In this document: positions 12,386-23,099 of the stretch, in pieces
How the letters are laid out: each line of letters begins with the position of its first letter
How positions within the stretch are numbered: the stretch's first letter is position 1
Origin: Octopus sinensis
Lineage: Eukaryota
Direction: 5' to 3'
DNA length: 64,000 bases
Assembly: GCF_006345805.1 (NCBI RefSeq)
Contig: NC_043006.1
Span: 54,126,001-54,190,000 of the forward strand
Notes under the pieces: generated by a model
Databases searched by the model: none
The model's input: the letters and a program-made list of their open reading frames with translations, nothing else
Told to the model about the DNA's origin: nothing
Translations under genes and position numbers: made by a program

Positions 12386-12431
12386 CTACCTCATGTCATC
12401 GGCGCACGATGGGTCGAAACGATCGTAGTGG
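12386..12431 (+). ncRNA. Degenerate minimal type-I hammerhead motif (Penelope/retrozyme type)
   Basis: ctac-CTCATGT-catcg(gcgca)cgatg-ggtc-GAAAC-GATC-GTA-gtgg. The 3' half and palindromic loop are intact; the CUGANGA core is mutated. Confidence 0.5.
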
Positions 12432-12528
12432 ATAATAAAGAATCTCTTGAATTCCATTTTCATATATTCTCACTGTCTCTCTATATATATGTATGCATGT
12501 ATGTATGTATGTATGATGTATATATGTA

Positions 12529-12563
<35 letters not shown>

Positions 12564-12596
12564 ATATATATATATATATCTATATATATATATATA

Positions 12597-12693
12597 TATA
12601 ACCAAAATAAGCAACAAGTATATCCGAGGTAGATTAGTATGAAACAATTGTACTACTCTACCTCGGATATACTTGTTGCTTATTTTGATTATA
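12597..12693. repeat. Near-perfect palindrome (~44-bp arms, ~10-nt loop) between (TA)n tracts
   Basis: tataaccaaaataagcaacaagtatatccgaggtagattagta pairs with tactactctacctcggatatacttgttgcttattttgattata, with 2 mismatches. Confidence 0.95.
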
Positions 12694-12771
12694 ATCACCC
12701 CATTTGATTTATATGGATAATACCATACAAAATTCTGATGCCTTTGACTTAAGTACCATATTCATCTGAAT

Positions 12772-12870
<99 letters not shown>

Positions 12871-13297
12871 TTGTGTATATATATATATATTATATATATA
12901 TATATCACACTGTATGAATTTTTGAAATAAAAAGATATTATTTTACACCAATTAGTTCAGTCTAAAGTCCTCATCAGGGGTTTTATTTCTGTAACAACCA
13001 AGACAGGGTTACTAGTCCGATTATATTAGTGTATAACAAAGAGGGTGTGCATGCGTGCGTGCACTCAATCGCTCACACACACACATACAGACGCACACGC
13101 ACACACACATGCACACACACGTGCGCGCGCACACACACACACACACACACGTTTAAAACAGATATGTTATTGTCCAAGACAACGCTTTTATCCTGCTGAG
13201 TCGGCGCCGATCAGAACTTCTGCCGTTTCATATTAGATAGAGATATTAATAAATGATATTGAAGTAAAGATATATCTTTGATGCCATGTAAATAAAG

Positions 13298-13342
<45 letters not shown>

Positions 13343-13600
13343 ACAGCAGTGGTGGTGATGGTGATGGTGGTGGTAGTAGTAGTTGTAGTAGTTGTAGTAG
13401 TAGTAGTAGTAGTAGTGGGTGTGGCGGTAGTGGTGGTGGTAGTAGTAGTAGTGGCTGTGGCGGTAGTGGTGGTGGTGGTAGTAGTAGTAGTGGCTGTGGC
13501 GGTAGTGGTGGTGGTGGTAGTAGTAGTAGTAGTGTAGTAGTAGTAGTAGTGGCGGTGGTGGTGATAGTGTTAATGGTGTTGGTGTTTGTGGTGGTGATGG
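13298..13600. repeat. (GTA)n/(GTG)n compound trinucleotide repeat
   Basis: Direct reading. Confidence 0.97.
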
Positions 13601-13807
13601 AGGTCAGGATGGTGGCAGGCCTGCATGTGATGGTAGTAGTTGTGATGGTAACAGTGGTTGTATTGGTGGTTGTGTAGTGGTAACTGTGTTAGTAGTGGTT
13701 ATTGTGATGATATGGGAGATGTTGGTGGTGGCAGAGTTTTTTTTAATTTTATTTTTAGCTGTTTAGACAGTTGTTTTAGAGAGGTTGATAAGGACAAAAC
13801 TACTCAC

Positions 13808-13870
13808 CTTGTATTAGAAGCACCTAAAAATGGCAAATGGGAAAATCCAACGGTTTTAAACATATTTTGC
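13808..13870 (-). CDS. Candidate 63-nt internal exon of the same minus-strand gene
   Basis: Strong acceptor gttctttgttttatag| and donor AAG|GTGAGT. Only one frame is open (QNMFKTVGFSHLPFLGASNT), and it is the phase-2 frame required by the 18756 exon. Confidence 0.5.
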
Positions 13871-14308
13871 CTATAAAACAAAGAACATACAGAATAATCA
13901 ACCATCGTTCATTGATGAGTTCGAATAGTCATTACTTTTGCAATGAAAACACATATTAGACGTTGTCCAGGAGTGTCGCGTTGGAATGAAAAATAAGTCA
14001 TTTTGTTTTCATTTTTATATGATGGGCCAGCATAAAAAAACAAAAAACAAACTAGGATGTGTTTATTGTCACTTGAACCATCTGAGATGATGGAACTTTT
14101 AATTATGACTAGGTAACCGTTTTAGGCTTTAGTCCCAGGATTTTGTTAATCGTCACTTCAGCATTTGAATTACACGTTGCTTCAGGATTGATGATAAATG
14201 ATTTCATTATTCCATCAACTTTTATTTGCTGTTTTGGTAATATGCATACATAAAATCATACACAAAAACTTACGGAGAAATTGAAAAAAAAAAAAAAAAT
14301 ATGAGCTG

Positions 14309-14735
14309 TAGGCGCAGGAGTGGCTGTGTGGTAAGTAGCTTCCTAACCAACCACATGGTTCCGGGTTCAGTCCCACTGCGTGGCATCTTGGGCAAGTGTC
14401 TTCTGCTATAGCCTCGGGACGACCAATGCCTTTTGAGTGGATTTGGTAGACGGAAACTGAAAGAAGCCCGTCGTATATATGTATATATATATATTATAAG
14501 TGTGTGTGTATATGTTTGTGTGTCTGTGTTTGTCCCCCTAGCATTGCTTGACAACCGATGCTGGTGTGTTTACGTCCCCGTCACTTAGCGGTTCGGCAAA
14601 AGAGAGACCGATAGAATAAGTACTGGGCTTACAAAGAATAAGTCCTGGGGTCGATTTGCTCGACTAAAGGCGGTGCTCCAGCATGGCCGCAGTCAAATGA
14701 CTGAAACAAGTAAAAGAGTAAAAGAGTAAAGAGTA
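14309..14735 (+). mobile_element. SINE family A, full-length reference copy
   Basis: tRNA-like head (taggcgcaggagtggctgtgtggtaag...gggttcagtccc), a cttgggcaagt core, a central (TA)/(TG) tract and a (AAAGAGT)n tail. Confidence 0.92.
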
Positions 14736-15093
14736 TATTTCGTTTTTGGCTTTGGTTTACGAGATTCTTTATGTGAGTTCGTGTTTTGAAGCATATTCTG
14801 TTGTGTCTGTATGGGCTATACGTATTTTGAAATGAACATTGGTGAAAGACTGCTTACAATTTTATGCATACTTAGAGATATATCTATATATGCATACACA
14901 CGCGCGAGCGCACGTATAGTAGTGAAGCTGGCAGGTAGGGTGGTCCCTCCCGGGCGACGCTTTTATGGGATCAGTAGTTTTGAGTCTGCTGTATAAGGTG
15001 TGGCGGCAAATTAAAGGGCTAATTAGAAGCTGACAAGTACAAGCTATCAATGGAACTGTCAGAATATGTAAAACTTTCCAAAAGTTTAACATA

Positions 15094-15285
15094 TAGGCGT
15101 AGGAGGGACTGTGTGCTAAGTAGCTTGCTTACCAAACACATCGTTCCGGGTTCAGTCCCACTGCGTGGCACCTTGGGCAAGTGTCTTCTACTATAGCATC
15201 GGGCCGACCAAAGCCTTGTGAGTGAATTTGGTAGACGGAAACTATATATGTATATGTATATGTATATATGTATGTGTATATGTAT

Positions 15286-15335
<50 letters not shown>

Positions 15336-15541
15336 AGTTTGTGTGTCTGTGCTTGTCCCCTCAACATCGCTTGACAACCGATGCTGGTGTGTTTACGTCC
15401 CCGTAACTTAGCGGTCCGGCAAAAGTGACCGATAGAATAAGTACTAGGCTTACAAAGAATAAGTCCTGGGGTCGATTTGCTCGACTATAGGCGGTGCCCA
15501 AGCATGGCCGCAGTCAAATGCCCGAAACAAGTAAAAGAGTA
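15094..15541 (+). mobile_element. SINE family A, full length
   Basis: Matches 14309-14735 apart from a short internal deletion and a longer (TG)n. Confidence 0.9.
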
Positions 15542-15591
15542 TATAAGAACACATGTCTACAGATGCAACTATATGTATATCTTCTATCTCA

Positions 15592-15794
15592 TACTTGTTT
15601 CAGTCATTTGACTGCGGCCATGCTGGTGCACTGCCTTGAAGAATTTATAGTCGAATGACTCGAACCCAGTATTTTTTTAAAGATTGGAACTTATTCGGTC
15701 AGTTTTACCGAACCGCTAAGTCACTGGACGTAAACACATCAACGTCAGTTGTTAAGCGGTGGCGAAAGACACACACACACACACACACACACAT

Positions 15795-15833
<39 letters not shown>

Positions 15834-16042
15834 CACACACACACACACATGCACACACACACAAACACACACACACAAACACACACACGCATACGACGGG
15901 CTTTTTCCAGTTTCCGTCAACCAAAATCGCTCACAAGGATTTGGTCGACCCGAGGCTATAATTGAAGACACTTGCCCAAAGTGTCAGCCAGAACCATGTG
16001 GTTGGGAAGCAAGCGACTTACTACACGGCCATGCCTGCGCCC
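15592..16042 (-). mobile_element. SINE family A (variant), full length, long (CA)n
   Basis: Reverse-complement match. It lies tail-to-tail with the 15094 copy. Confidence 0.85.
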
Positions 16043-16126
16043 AAACATACATAAAAACAAAATATACAGATCTGACTTCAATTACTTACACATATACACA
16101 CACGCGCACAAATACACTGCTGATGT

Positions 16127-16356
16127 AGGCGAGCTGGCAGAAACGTTAGCACGACGGGCGAAATGCTTAGCGGTATTTCGTCTGTCGCTACGTTCTGAGT
16201 TCAAATTCCGCCGAGATCGACGTTGCCTTTCATCATTTCGAGGTCGATAAATTAAGCACCAGTAACGCACTGGGGTCGATGTAATTGACTTAATCCCTTT
16301 GTCTGTCCTTGTTTGTCCCCTCTATGTTAAGCCCCTTGTGGACAATAAAGAAATAT
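16127..16356 (+). mobile_element. SINE family B, full length, with 18-bp TSD
   Basis: CAAATACACTGCTGATGT at 16109-16126 and 16357-16374. A-box tggcagaaacgttag, B-box gagttcaaattcc, tail aataaagaaata. Confidence 0.93.
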
Positions 16357-16449
16357 CAAATACACTGCTGATGTTGAAATGAAGGGGCTTTGAGTCTAGG
16401 TTTGAAACCGGCTCTTTCTTCATTGGCATCAAAACTAGAAATTATAACA

Positions 16450-17236
16450 CTCAATAATCCTTTCTACTGTAGGCACACGACTTGAAATGTTGTGAAGAGG
16501 GGGAGGGGCTAATCGATTATATTGACCCCAGAGTTTGACTGGTACTAAATTCACCGACCACGACTGGCGAAGTCGACATTGGTGGAATTTGAACTCAGAT
16601 GTATGAAATGCTATTTCTTTACTACCCACAAGGGGCTAAACACAGAAGGGATAAACAAGGACAGACAAACGAATTAAGTCGATTACATCGACGCCAGTGC
16701 GTAACTGGTTCTTAATTTATCGACCCCGAAAGGATGAAAGGCAAAGTCGACCTCGGCAGAATTTGAACTCAGAACGTATCGGCAGACGAAACGCCGCTAA
16801 GCATTTGGCTTGGAGTGCTAACGTTTCTTATTCCTTTATTGCCCAGAAGGGGCTAAACAAAGAGGGGTCAAACAAGGACAGACAAAGGGATTAAGTCGAT
16901 TACATCGACCCCAGTGCGTAACTGGTACTTAATTTATCGACCCCGAAAAGATGAAAGGCAAAGTCGACCTCGGCGGAATTTGAACTCACAACGTAACGGC
17001 AGACGAAATACCTATTTCTTCACTACCCACAAGGGGCTAAGGACAGAGAGGACAAACAAGGACAGACAAACGGATTAAGTTGACTATATCGACCCCAGTG
17101 CGTAACTGGTACTTATTTAATCGACTCCGAAAGGATGAAAGGTAAAGTCGACCTCGGCGGAATTTGAACTCAGAACGTAACGGCAGACGAAATACCACTA
17201 AGCATTTGGCCCGGAGTGCTAACGTTTCTGCCAGCC
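16450..17236 (-). mobile_element. Head-to-tail concatemer of SINE family B (about 4 units)
   Basis: Repeated units joined at gaaatac|ctatttct (~17010), gctaacgtttct|tatt (~16828) and gaaatg|ctatttct (~16611). Confidence 0.9.
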
Positions 17237-17264
17237 TTTTAGAATTAGATAATAGCACGCACGT

Positions 17265-17307
<43 letters not shown>

Positions 17308-17850
17308 CGCGCGCGCACGCACACACACACACACATACACACACACACACATTCTTTTATTAGCTTCGGTGAATGGCCTGCTACGAAGTGCGGGGGGGGG
17401 ACAATCTTCAAGATGTTACATCTGTTTATTTTGTTTTGATATGTTTTTTTTCTATTTAAAGCCTGGTACTTATTTTATCGAATCCTGTTTGTAGAACATC
17501 CGCGCGCGCGCGCATAAGTATATCCTGAGATATTAACACCAAGATTGTGCCATCGAAAAATAAACAGGCCAAGGCTCGTACACTTAGTAATACGATTTAC
17601 CGACTAGATAAAAAGTTATCAAGAAAGGAAAATCTATTTGTGTGCACGCCCGTACATATGTAGGCGCGTGCACATGTAAGTACGCACGTACGTAGTACGT
17701 ACATATGCACGTATGCATGTTTTCTTGGCTTTATTTTTTGGGATTTCTTGTCTGTTTGAGAAAAAGTGGTTTCAAGCCTCGGGAACAGGTGTCTTCCGTT
17801 GGTTTTAGACAACATCGACGTAGTAGTTATGTACACACACACACACACAC

Positions 17851-17895
<45 letters not shown>

Positions 17896-17940
17896 ACACA
17901 CACACGCGCACGCACCTATATATATACTTTCTCTTTTAAT

Positions 17941-18139
17941 CTTTTACTTGTTTCAGTCATTTGACTGTGACCATGCTGGAGTACCGCCTTTAGTCGAGCA
18001 AATCGACCCCAGGACTTATTCTTTGTAAGCCTAGTACTTATTCTATCGGTCTCTTTTGCCGAACCGCTAAGATACGGGGACGTAAACACACCACCATTGG
18101 TTGTCAAGCGATGCTGGGGGTACAAACACAGACACACAA

Positions 18140-18172
<33 letters not shown>

Positions 18173-18328
18173 CGACGGGCTTCTTTCAGTTTCCGTCTAC
18201 TAAATCCACTCACAATGTTTTGGTCGGTCCGAGGCTATACTAGAAGATACTTGCCCAAGTTGCCACGCAGTGGGAATGAACCCGGAACCATGTGGTTGGT
18301 AAGCAACCTAATTACCACACAGCCACTC
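17941..18328 (-). mobile_element. SINE family A, full length
   Basis: Reverse-complement match to the family. Confidence 0.9.
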
Positions 18329-18755
18329 AGGGTATAGTGAATAAACTGTCGTCTAGATTACGCAAAAATGAAATTAACACTGACATCTCATTTTAACAGA
18401 TATATTTAGCAATATCACATAAAAATGTCTTGAAATACTAAATATATATATATATATATATGCATGTAAAACCCTACGAAGGTAGACTTGCCAGTTATTA
18501 TTGTGCAGTCTGCAGGTCGAAAAGCAAAAGCTGACAAAGTCTTTGTTTAGCCATCTCTCTATGAAAAAGAACTCTGACATAACACCTGCGACTTTGTTTG
18601 CTTCTAATGATATAGACTACACTTTTGTTTTGGACTAATGCATACATCGTTCTGGGAGTTGGATTGGCCTTGAGCAAGGACCTTTAAAAAGCTGCAAGCA
18701 CAATTTTCGCTTAATTTGTTGATATCTCTATAATGAGCAGCATGCTATGGCTTAC

Positions 18756-19009
18756 CGCAGCCATGATTCATACACAAGAAAAGAAAAGTCCATGATGGAT
18801 TGAAGGCGGGTCAACATAGGTAGTGACTCTCTGAACACTTGCTGCAAGAGGCGCCCGTCGTTGTTATACCTGTTCAAAAGAGTGTACGTCCCAAACAGAT
18901 CTAGAAAGCTACATCTGCATTGCTCATGTTTAAGAGAACAATCAAGCAATGGCGTGGCTCGAAGTTGAGTCTGTCCGCCTGTACGTATGTAAGTCGTGGA
19001 CAACCCGCT
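18756..19009 (-). CDS. Candidate internal exon of an unidentified minus-strand gene
   Basis: Non-repetitive, relatively GC-rich open frame (SGLSTTYIRTGGQTQLRATPLLDCSLKHEQCRCSFLDLF...DFSFLVYESWL+CG) ending at GCG|GTAAGC (phase 2). The acceptor is weak (ttaacag at 19010); an alternative acceptor lies at 18979. I do not recognise the family. Confidence 0.5.
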
Positions 19010-19203
19010 CTGTTAATTCTCACCGCAAAGCCAAACCATCACATATATGTGTGTACACACAAGTAAGCCCATAGGTGCAAAACAAGGTGGGAAAATAGTA
19101 CCCGATTACCAAAGGTGGAGTAAAATACTGTTCTTTTAAAGTCAGTATATATGTATATATATGGATGCATATGTATGTATATGTATGTATGTATGTATGT
19201 ATG

Positions 19204-19380
19204 TAGGCGCAGGAGTGGCTGTGTAGTAAGTAGCTTGCTTACTAACCACATGGTTCCGGATTCAGTCCCACTGTGTGGCACCTTGGGCAAGTGTCTTCTA
19301 CTATAGCCTCTGGCCAACCAAAGCCTTGTGAGTGAATTTGATAGACGGAAACTGAAAGACGCCCGTCGTATATATGTATA
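19204..19380 (+). mobile_element. SINE family A, 5' half
   Basis: taggcgcaggagtggctg...gcccgtcgtatat. Confidence 0.88.
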
Positions 19381-19384
19381 TAAG

Positions 19385-19780
19385 TCTGATTCTTCTACAC
19401 CTTCTTTACAGAATTTTTTAATGTGACCCAGTTGGCCACACTCGAAACATCGGGGCTTTTGCCCCTCAGCATAAGTTTTTAGAACTTCCTCCCCTACTTC
19501 CACGATTTCTGGGAGCTGTGCTAAACTTTTTGGTCAGCCTGTAATATGATGTTAAGCGTCTGACCTGTCCAGTAAGTATTTTCTGTGACGGTAGCCTGCA
19601 GGAGGTTAATACTATCTTCCCTGTTTGCCAGGACCGTCGCCATCAAGCACATAGGGTTCGAAAGAAAACTATACTATAACTTTTTCAACAATAAGTCCAA
19701 CAATAGGCACAACAAGAAATATAACAATTAATAGAAACTCACGAACACACTCCAACAAGAAATCTTCAGTAACAGACGCC
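19385..19780 (-). mobile_element. LINE ORF1 fragment with CCHC zinc knuckle (Tx1/L1-like) plus possible 5' UTR
   Basis: LAQLPEIVEVGEEVLKTYAEGQKPRCFECGQLGHIKKFC contains C-x2-C-x4-H-x4-C. Confidence 0.7.
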
Positions 19781-19784
19781 CGGC

Positions 19785-20032
19785 GTGCTAACGTTTCTTA
19801 TTTCTTTACTGCCCACAAGGGGCTACACACAGAAGGGACAAACAAGGACAGACAAACGGATTGAGTCGATTATATCAACCCCAGTGAGTAACTGGTACTT
19901 ATTTAATCGACCCCGAAAGGATGAAAGGCAAAGTCGACCTCGGCGGAATTTGAACTCGGAACGTAGCGGCAGACGAAATACCGCTAAGCATTTCACCCGG
20001 CGTGCTAACGATTCTGCCAGCTCGCCGCCTTA
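19785..20032 (-). mobile_element. SINE family B, full unit plus fused partial unit
   Basis: Complete head at ~20030. Junction gctaacgtttct|tatttct at ~19798. Confidence 0.9.
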
Positions 20033-20426
20033 CGCACCATTAACTTATTAATCAAACATGATACCAAGAATTTGCTTTAATATGCGAATCGTTCTATCTA
20101 ATTTACACAAGTTCTTAGTAATAATAGGTTTGTAAGCAGTGTTTCTCTGTGGATAGTTAAGACAGCACCTTTCTGATGATGTCCCTGTACAAACTTGAAA
20201 TTCTTCTGTTCATAAAGTTATTGTCTACATAGATGAAATGCTTCTATACGTACAGTGTTGGCTGAAACATTGATATACAAAATAGCATACGTATGTGTGC
20301 GCACAACTATAAATAGTTATACAATGCCAATATGTTAAAATTAGATGTATATTTTAAACAGATATTATAAACTTACTTTGAGATATAAATACATGGTGAG
20401 CAGTGATCCAATAAAGGAACTATGTG

Positions 20427-20592
20427 GGTGCAGGCATGGCTATGTGATAAAGAAGCTCGTTTTGCAGCCACGTGATTTCGGGTTCAGTCCCACTGCACAG
20501 CACCTTAGGTAAGTTTCTTCTGATATAGCTCTTTGGGTCGATCAATACCTTGTGAGTGGATTTAGTCCACGGAAAGTATGTGAAAGTCCATC

Positions 20593-20631
<39 letters not shown>

Positions 20632-20810
20632 TGTCTGTCTACCCACACTGCTTGACAACCGGTTTTGTCTTGTTGACGTCCTCGTAAAATTACGGTTCGG
20701 CAAAAGGAAGAATATGCAAATGCCAGGCTTAAGTTCTGGGGTCAATTTGTTCGACTTAACCTTTCAAGGCACTGTCTCAGCTTGACCGCAATCCAATGAC
20801 AGAAATAGAA
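20427..20810 (+). mobile_element. SINE family A, older diverged copy
   Basis: Head gggtgcaggcatggct...gggttcagtcccactgc, (TG)n centre and diverged 3' half. Confidence 0.8.
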
Positions 20811-20915
20811 GGTAAAAAATTTTTTTAAAGATAAAAAGAAATTTCAAAACAGACTTCGTTTTGACCATTTTTTTTGAGAATTAGACTGCGTCCAAATTTA
20901 GGTTTTAGCCCTCAC

Positions 20916-21470
20916 GTTGGAAACCACAGGATTAGAGAATGTTGTTCTTGTGAGATGGTCGTGACTGGAATGTCTTTCATCATCTTATTTCTTTATTACC
21001 CACAAGTGGCTAAACAAGAACAGACAAAAGGAGTAAGTCGATTACATCGACCCAGTGCGTAACTGGTACTTAATTTATCGACCCCAGAAAGGATGAAAGG
21101 CAAAGTCGACCTCGGCGGAATTTGAACTCAGAACGTAACGGCAGACGAAATACCTATTTCTATTTCTTTACTACACACAAGGGGCGAAACACAGAGAGGA
21201 CTAACAAGGACAGACAAACGGATTAAGTCGATTATATCGACCCCAGTGCGTTACTGGTACTTAATTTATCGACCCTGAAAGGATGAAAAGCAAAGTCGAC
21301 CTCGGCGGAATTTGAACTCAGAACGTAACGGCAGACGAAATACGGCAACGCATTTCGCCCGACGTGCTAATGTTTCTGCCAGCTCGCCGCCTTTCATCAT
21401 CTTGGTTCTGCACGATCAGATTTAACCACGGGGTTCTAAGCAACAACAGCGACAACAAAGTACATAGCAT
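20916..21470 (-). other. Putative first coding exon of the minus-strand gene, interrupted by a SINE concatemer
   Basis: Removing 20987-21390 plus one TSD copy restores MLCTLLSLLLLRTPWLNLIVQNQDDERHSSHDHLTRTTFSNPVVSN, ending at AAC|GTGAGG (phase 0). This is compatible with the acceptor at 19010. Confidence 0.3.
20987..21390 (-). mobile_element. SINE family B concatemer with 13-bp TSD
   Basis: CTTTCATCATCTT at 20974-20986 and 21391-21403. Internal junction gaaatac|ctatttct at ~21152. Confidence 0.93.
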
Positions 21471-22422
21471 AGTGGGGAATTGGTATTGATAGTAAGAGGA
21501 ATTAAGATAAGGGGAATTAAAGATAAAATCAACAACAAACACAAAAGCTAAATGTTCAGAACAAGCTTCTCTTCCTCTTTCTTTCTTTTTCCTCCCCCTC
21601 TCTCTCTCTCACACACACACACAGAGTCATACACACACCACAGACACATGCCTACATGAACACACAGACTCATACGGAAAGGGTAAGTGAAAGGAATACA
21701 TTCCAAGACCTGCATACCAAATATCTACTCAACCTTCAAGCCAGCAGTTTCCTGTCCAAGAATGCCGCCCACTAGGCATTGCTAAAAAAATGACCTTATA
21801 TCAAAAAGGTATTTTAAAAGACATTAAAGCATGTCAATAAGTAAAGAAATAAGGAATTAAATTATTTTCTTAAAGGGGACAGAAAAAAAAAAGAGAACAA
21901 ATAAATAAATCTGTCTTCACTCTCAAGTAAAGTCATTCGCCACGTCAAAGTGGCTGTTCCATGTTACTACTTGTTTAACCCCAGACAGATCCTCCGCCAG
22001 ATGGTTTTCGGTGCGTCGCCGCACCCTTTATATACAATATATATTGCTAGCAGGTAGTGCGAACTCCTACCATCCTCTAGAAGACAACAGGATCGTGAGA
22101 CTGACTCAGTTTCGAGCTACTTGGCTCGTCGTCAGTCGCGAGTACCTGGCCCCTAGAGCGTCCTCACTTTGTTTTATAAGAACTGTAGTTAAGTTAGAGT
22201 TAACATATTTGTTTCAAATTTTGGCACAAGGTCAGTTATTTTATTACATTGACTCCAGTACTTAACTAAGTACTTTATTTTATCTATCCCGAAAGGATGG
22301 AAGGCAAAGTTAACCTCTGCATGATTTGAATTGAGAACGTAGTGATCTCTAAGAAATACCGCCAAGCATATTTACTGTCCAATGCGTGACGATTTTGCCA
22401 GCTTACCGCCTTAGTGTTAACA

Positions 22423-22746
22423 CACTGGCGAAAATAAATTTAAGACCGATGATAAAAGTTCTATTTCTTACAAAATATTTTGTTACTAACACCATACAAA
22501 TTATTTCTATCTTTTACACCTTATGCAGAATTTATTTCTCTTTCGAATGATGCAGACAATAACTATATTAATTTTGCATTAGAATTCTTCAAGTTCTATA
22601 AAAATAGTTATTGTCTGCATCATTCGAAAGAGAAATAAATTCTGCATATGTTGTAAAAGATAAAAATAATTTGTATAGTGTTAGTAACAAAATATTTTGT
22701 AAGAAATAGAACTTTTATCATCGGTCTTAAATTTATTTTCACCAGT
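22423..22746. mobile_element. Foldback MITE (Tc1/mariner-like ends), ~144-bp inverted arms
   Basis: 22423-22566 is the near-exact reverse complement of 22604-22746. Termini CACTGG...CCAGTG, flanks CA/TA. Confidence 0.92.
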
Positions 22747-23099
22747 GTATATCCAATGCAAGCAGCAAAATCTAACTAAAAATAATTTTTTATACTCTAG
22801 GCACAAGGCCCAAATTTTTTAGGGAGGTAGGCCAGTCGATTAGATCGACCCAGTACGCAGCTAGTACTTAATTTATCGACCCCGAAAGGATGAACGACAA
22901 AGTCGACCTCGGCGGAATTTGAACTCAGAATGTAGCGGCGGACGAAATATTAACTAAAAATAATTATGCAACAAGGGAAACCAATTGGCGGAGTTTGGCA
23001 AATCTACTCATGTGTGCCCCTTCCCCCACGATTCTGTTTCCTCATAACTTTCAGTAAAATAGATATTTTTTAATGAAATTTTCTACAAATATGCTTCAC

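Noticed and set aside
13298-13730. Poly-Val or Thr-rich (mucin-like) ORF
   Set aside because: A simple trinucleotide repeat with frame shifts and no supporting splice sites.
6682-18337. Recurrent ORFs such as RRASFSFRLPNPLTRLWS...PKVPRSGTEPGTMW and KTDRISTRLTKNKSWGRFARLK
   Set aside because: Translations of SINE family A on either strand. They recur because the repeat recurs, not because they are genes.
20160-20230. CTGATGA...GAAA motif; similar partial motifs at ~12050, ~13194 and ~58070-58085 (minus)
   Set aside because: No consistent stem I/II/III pairing around the core.
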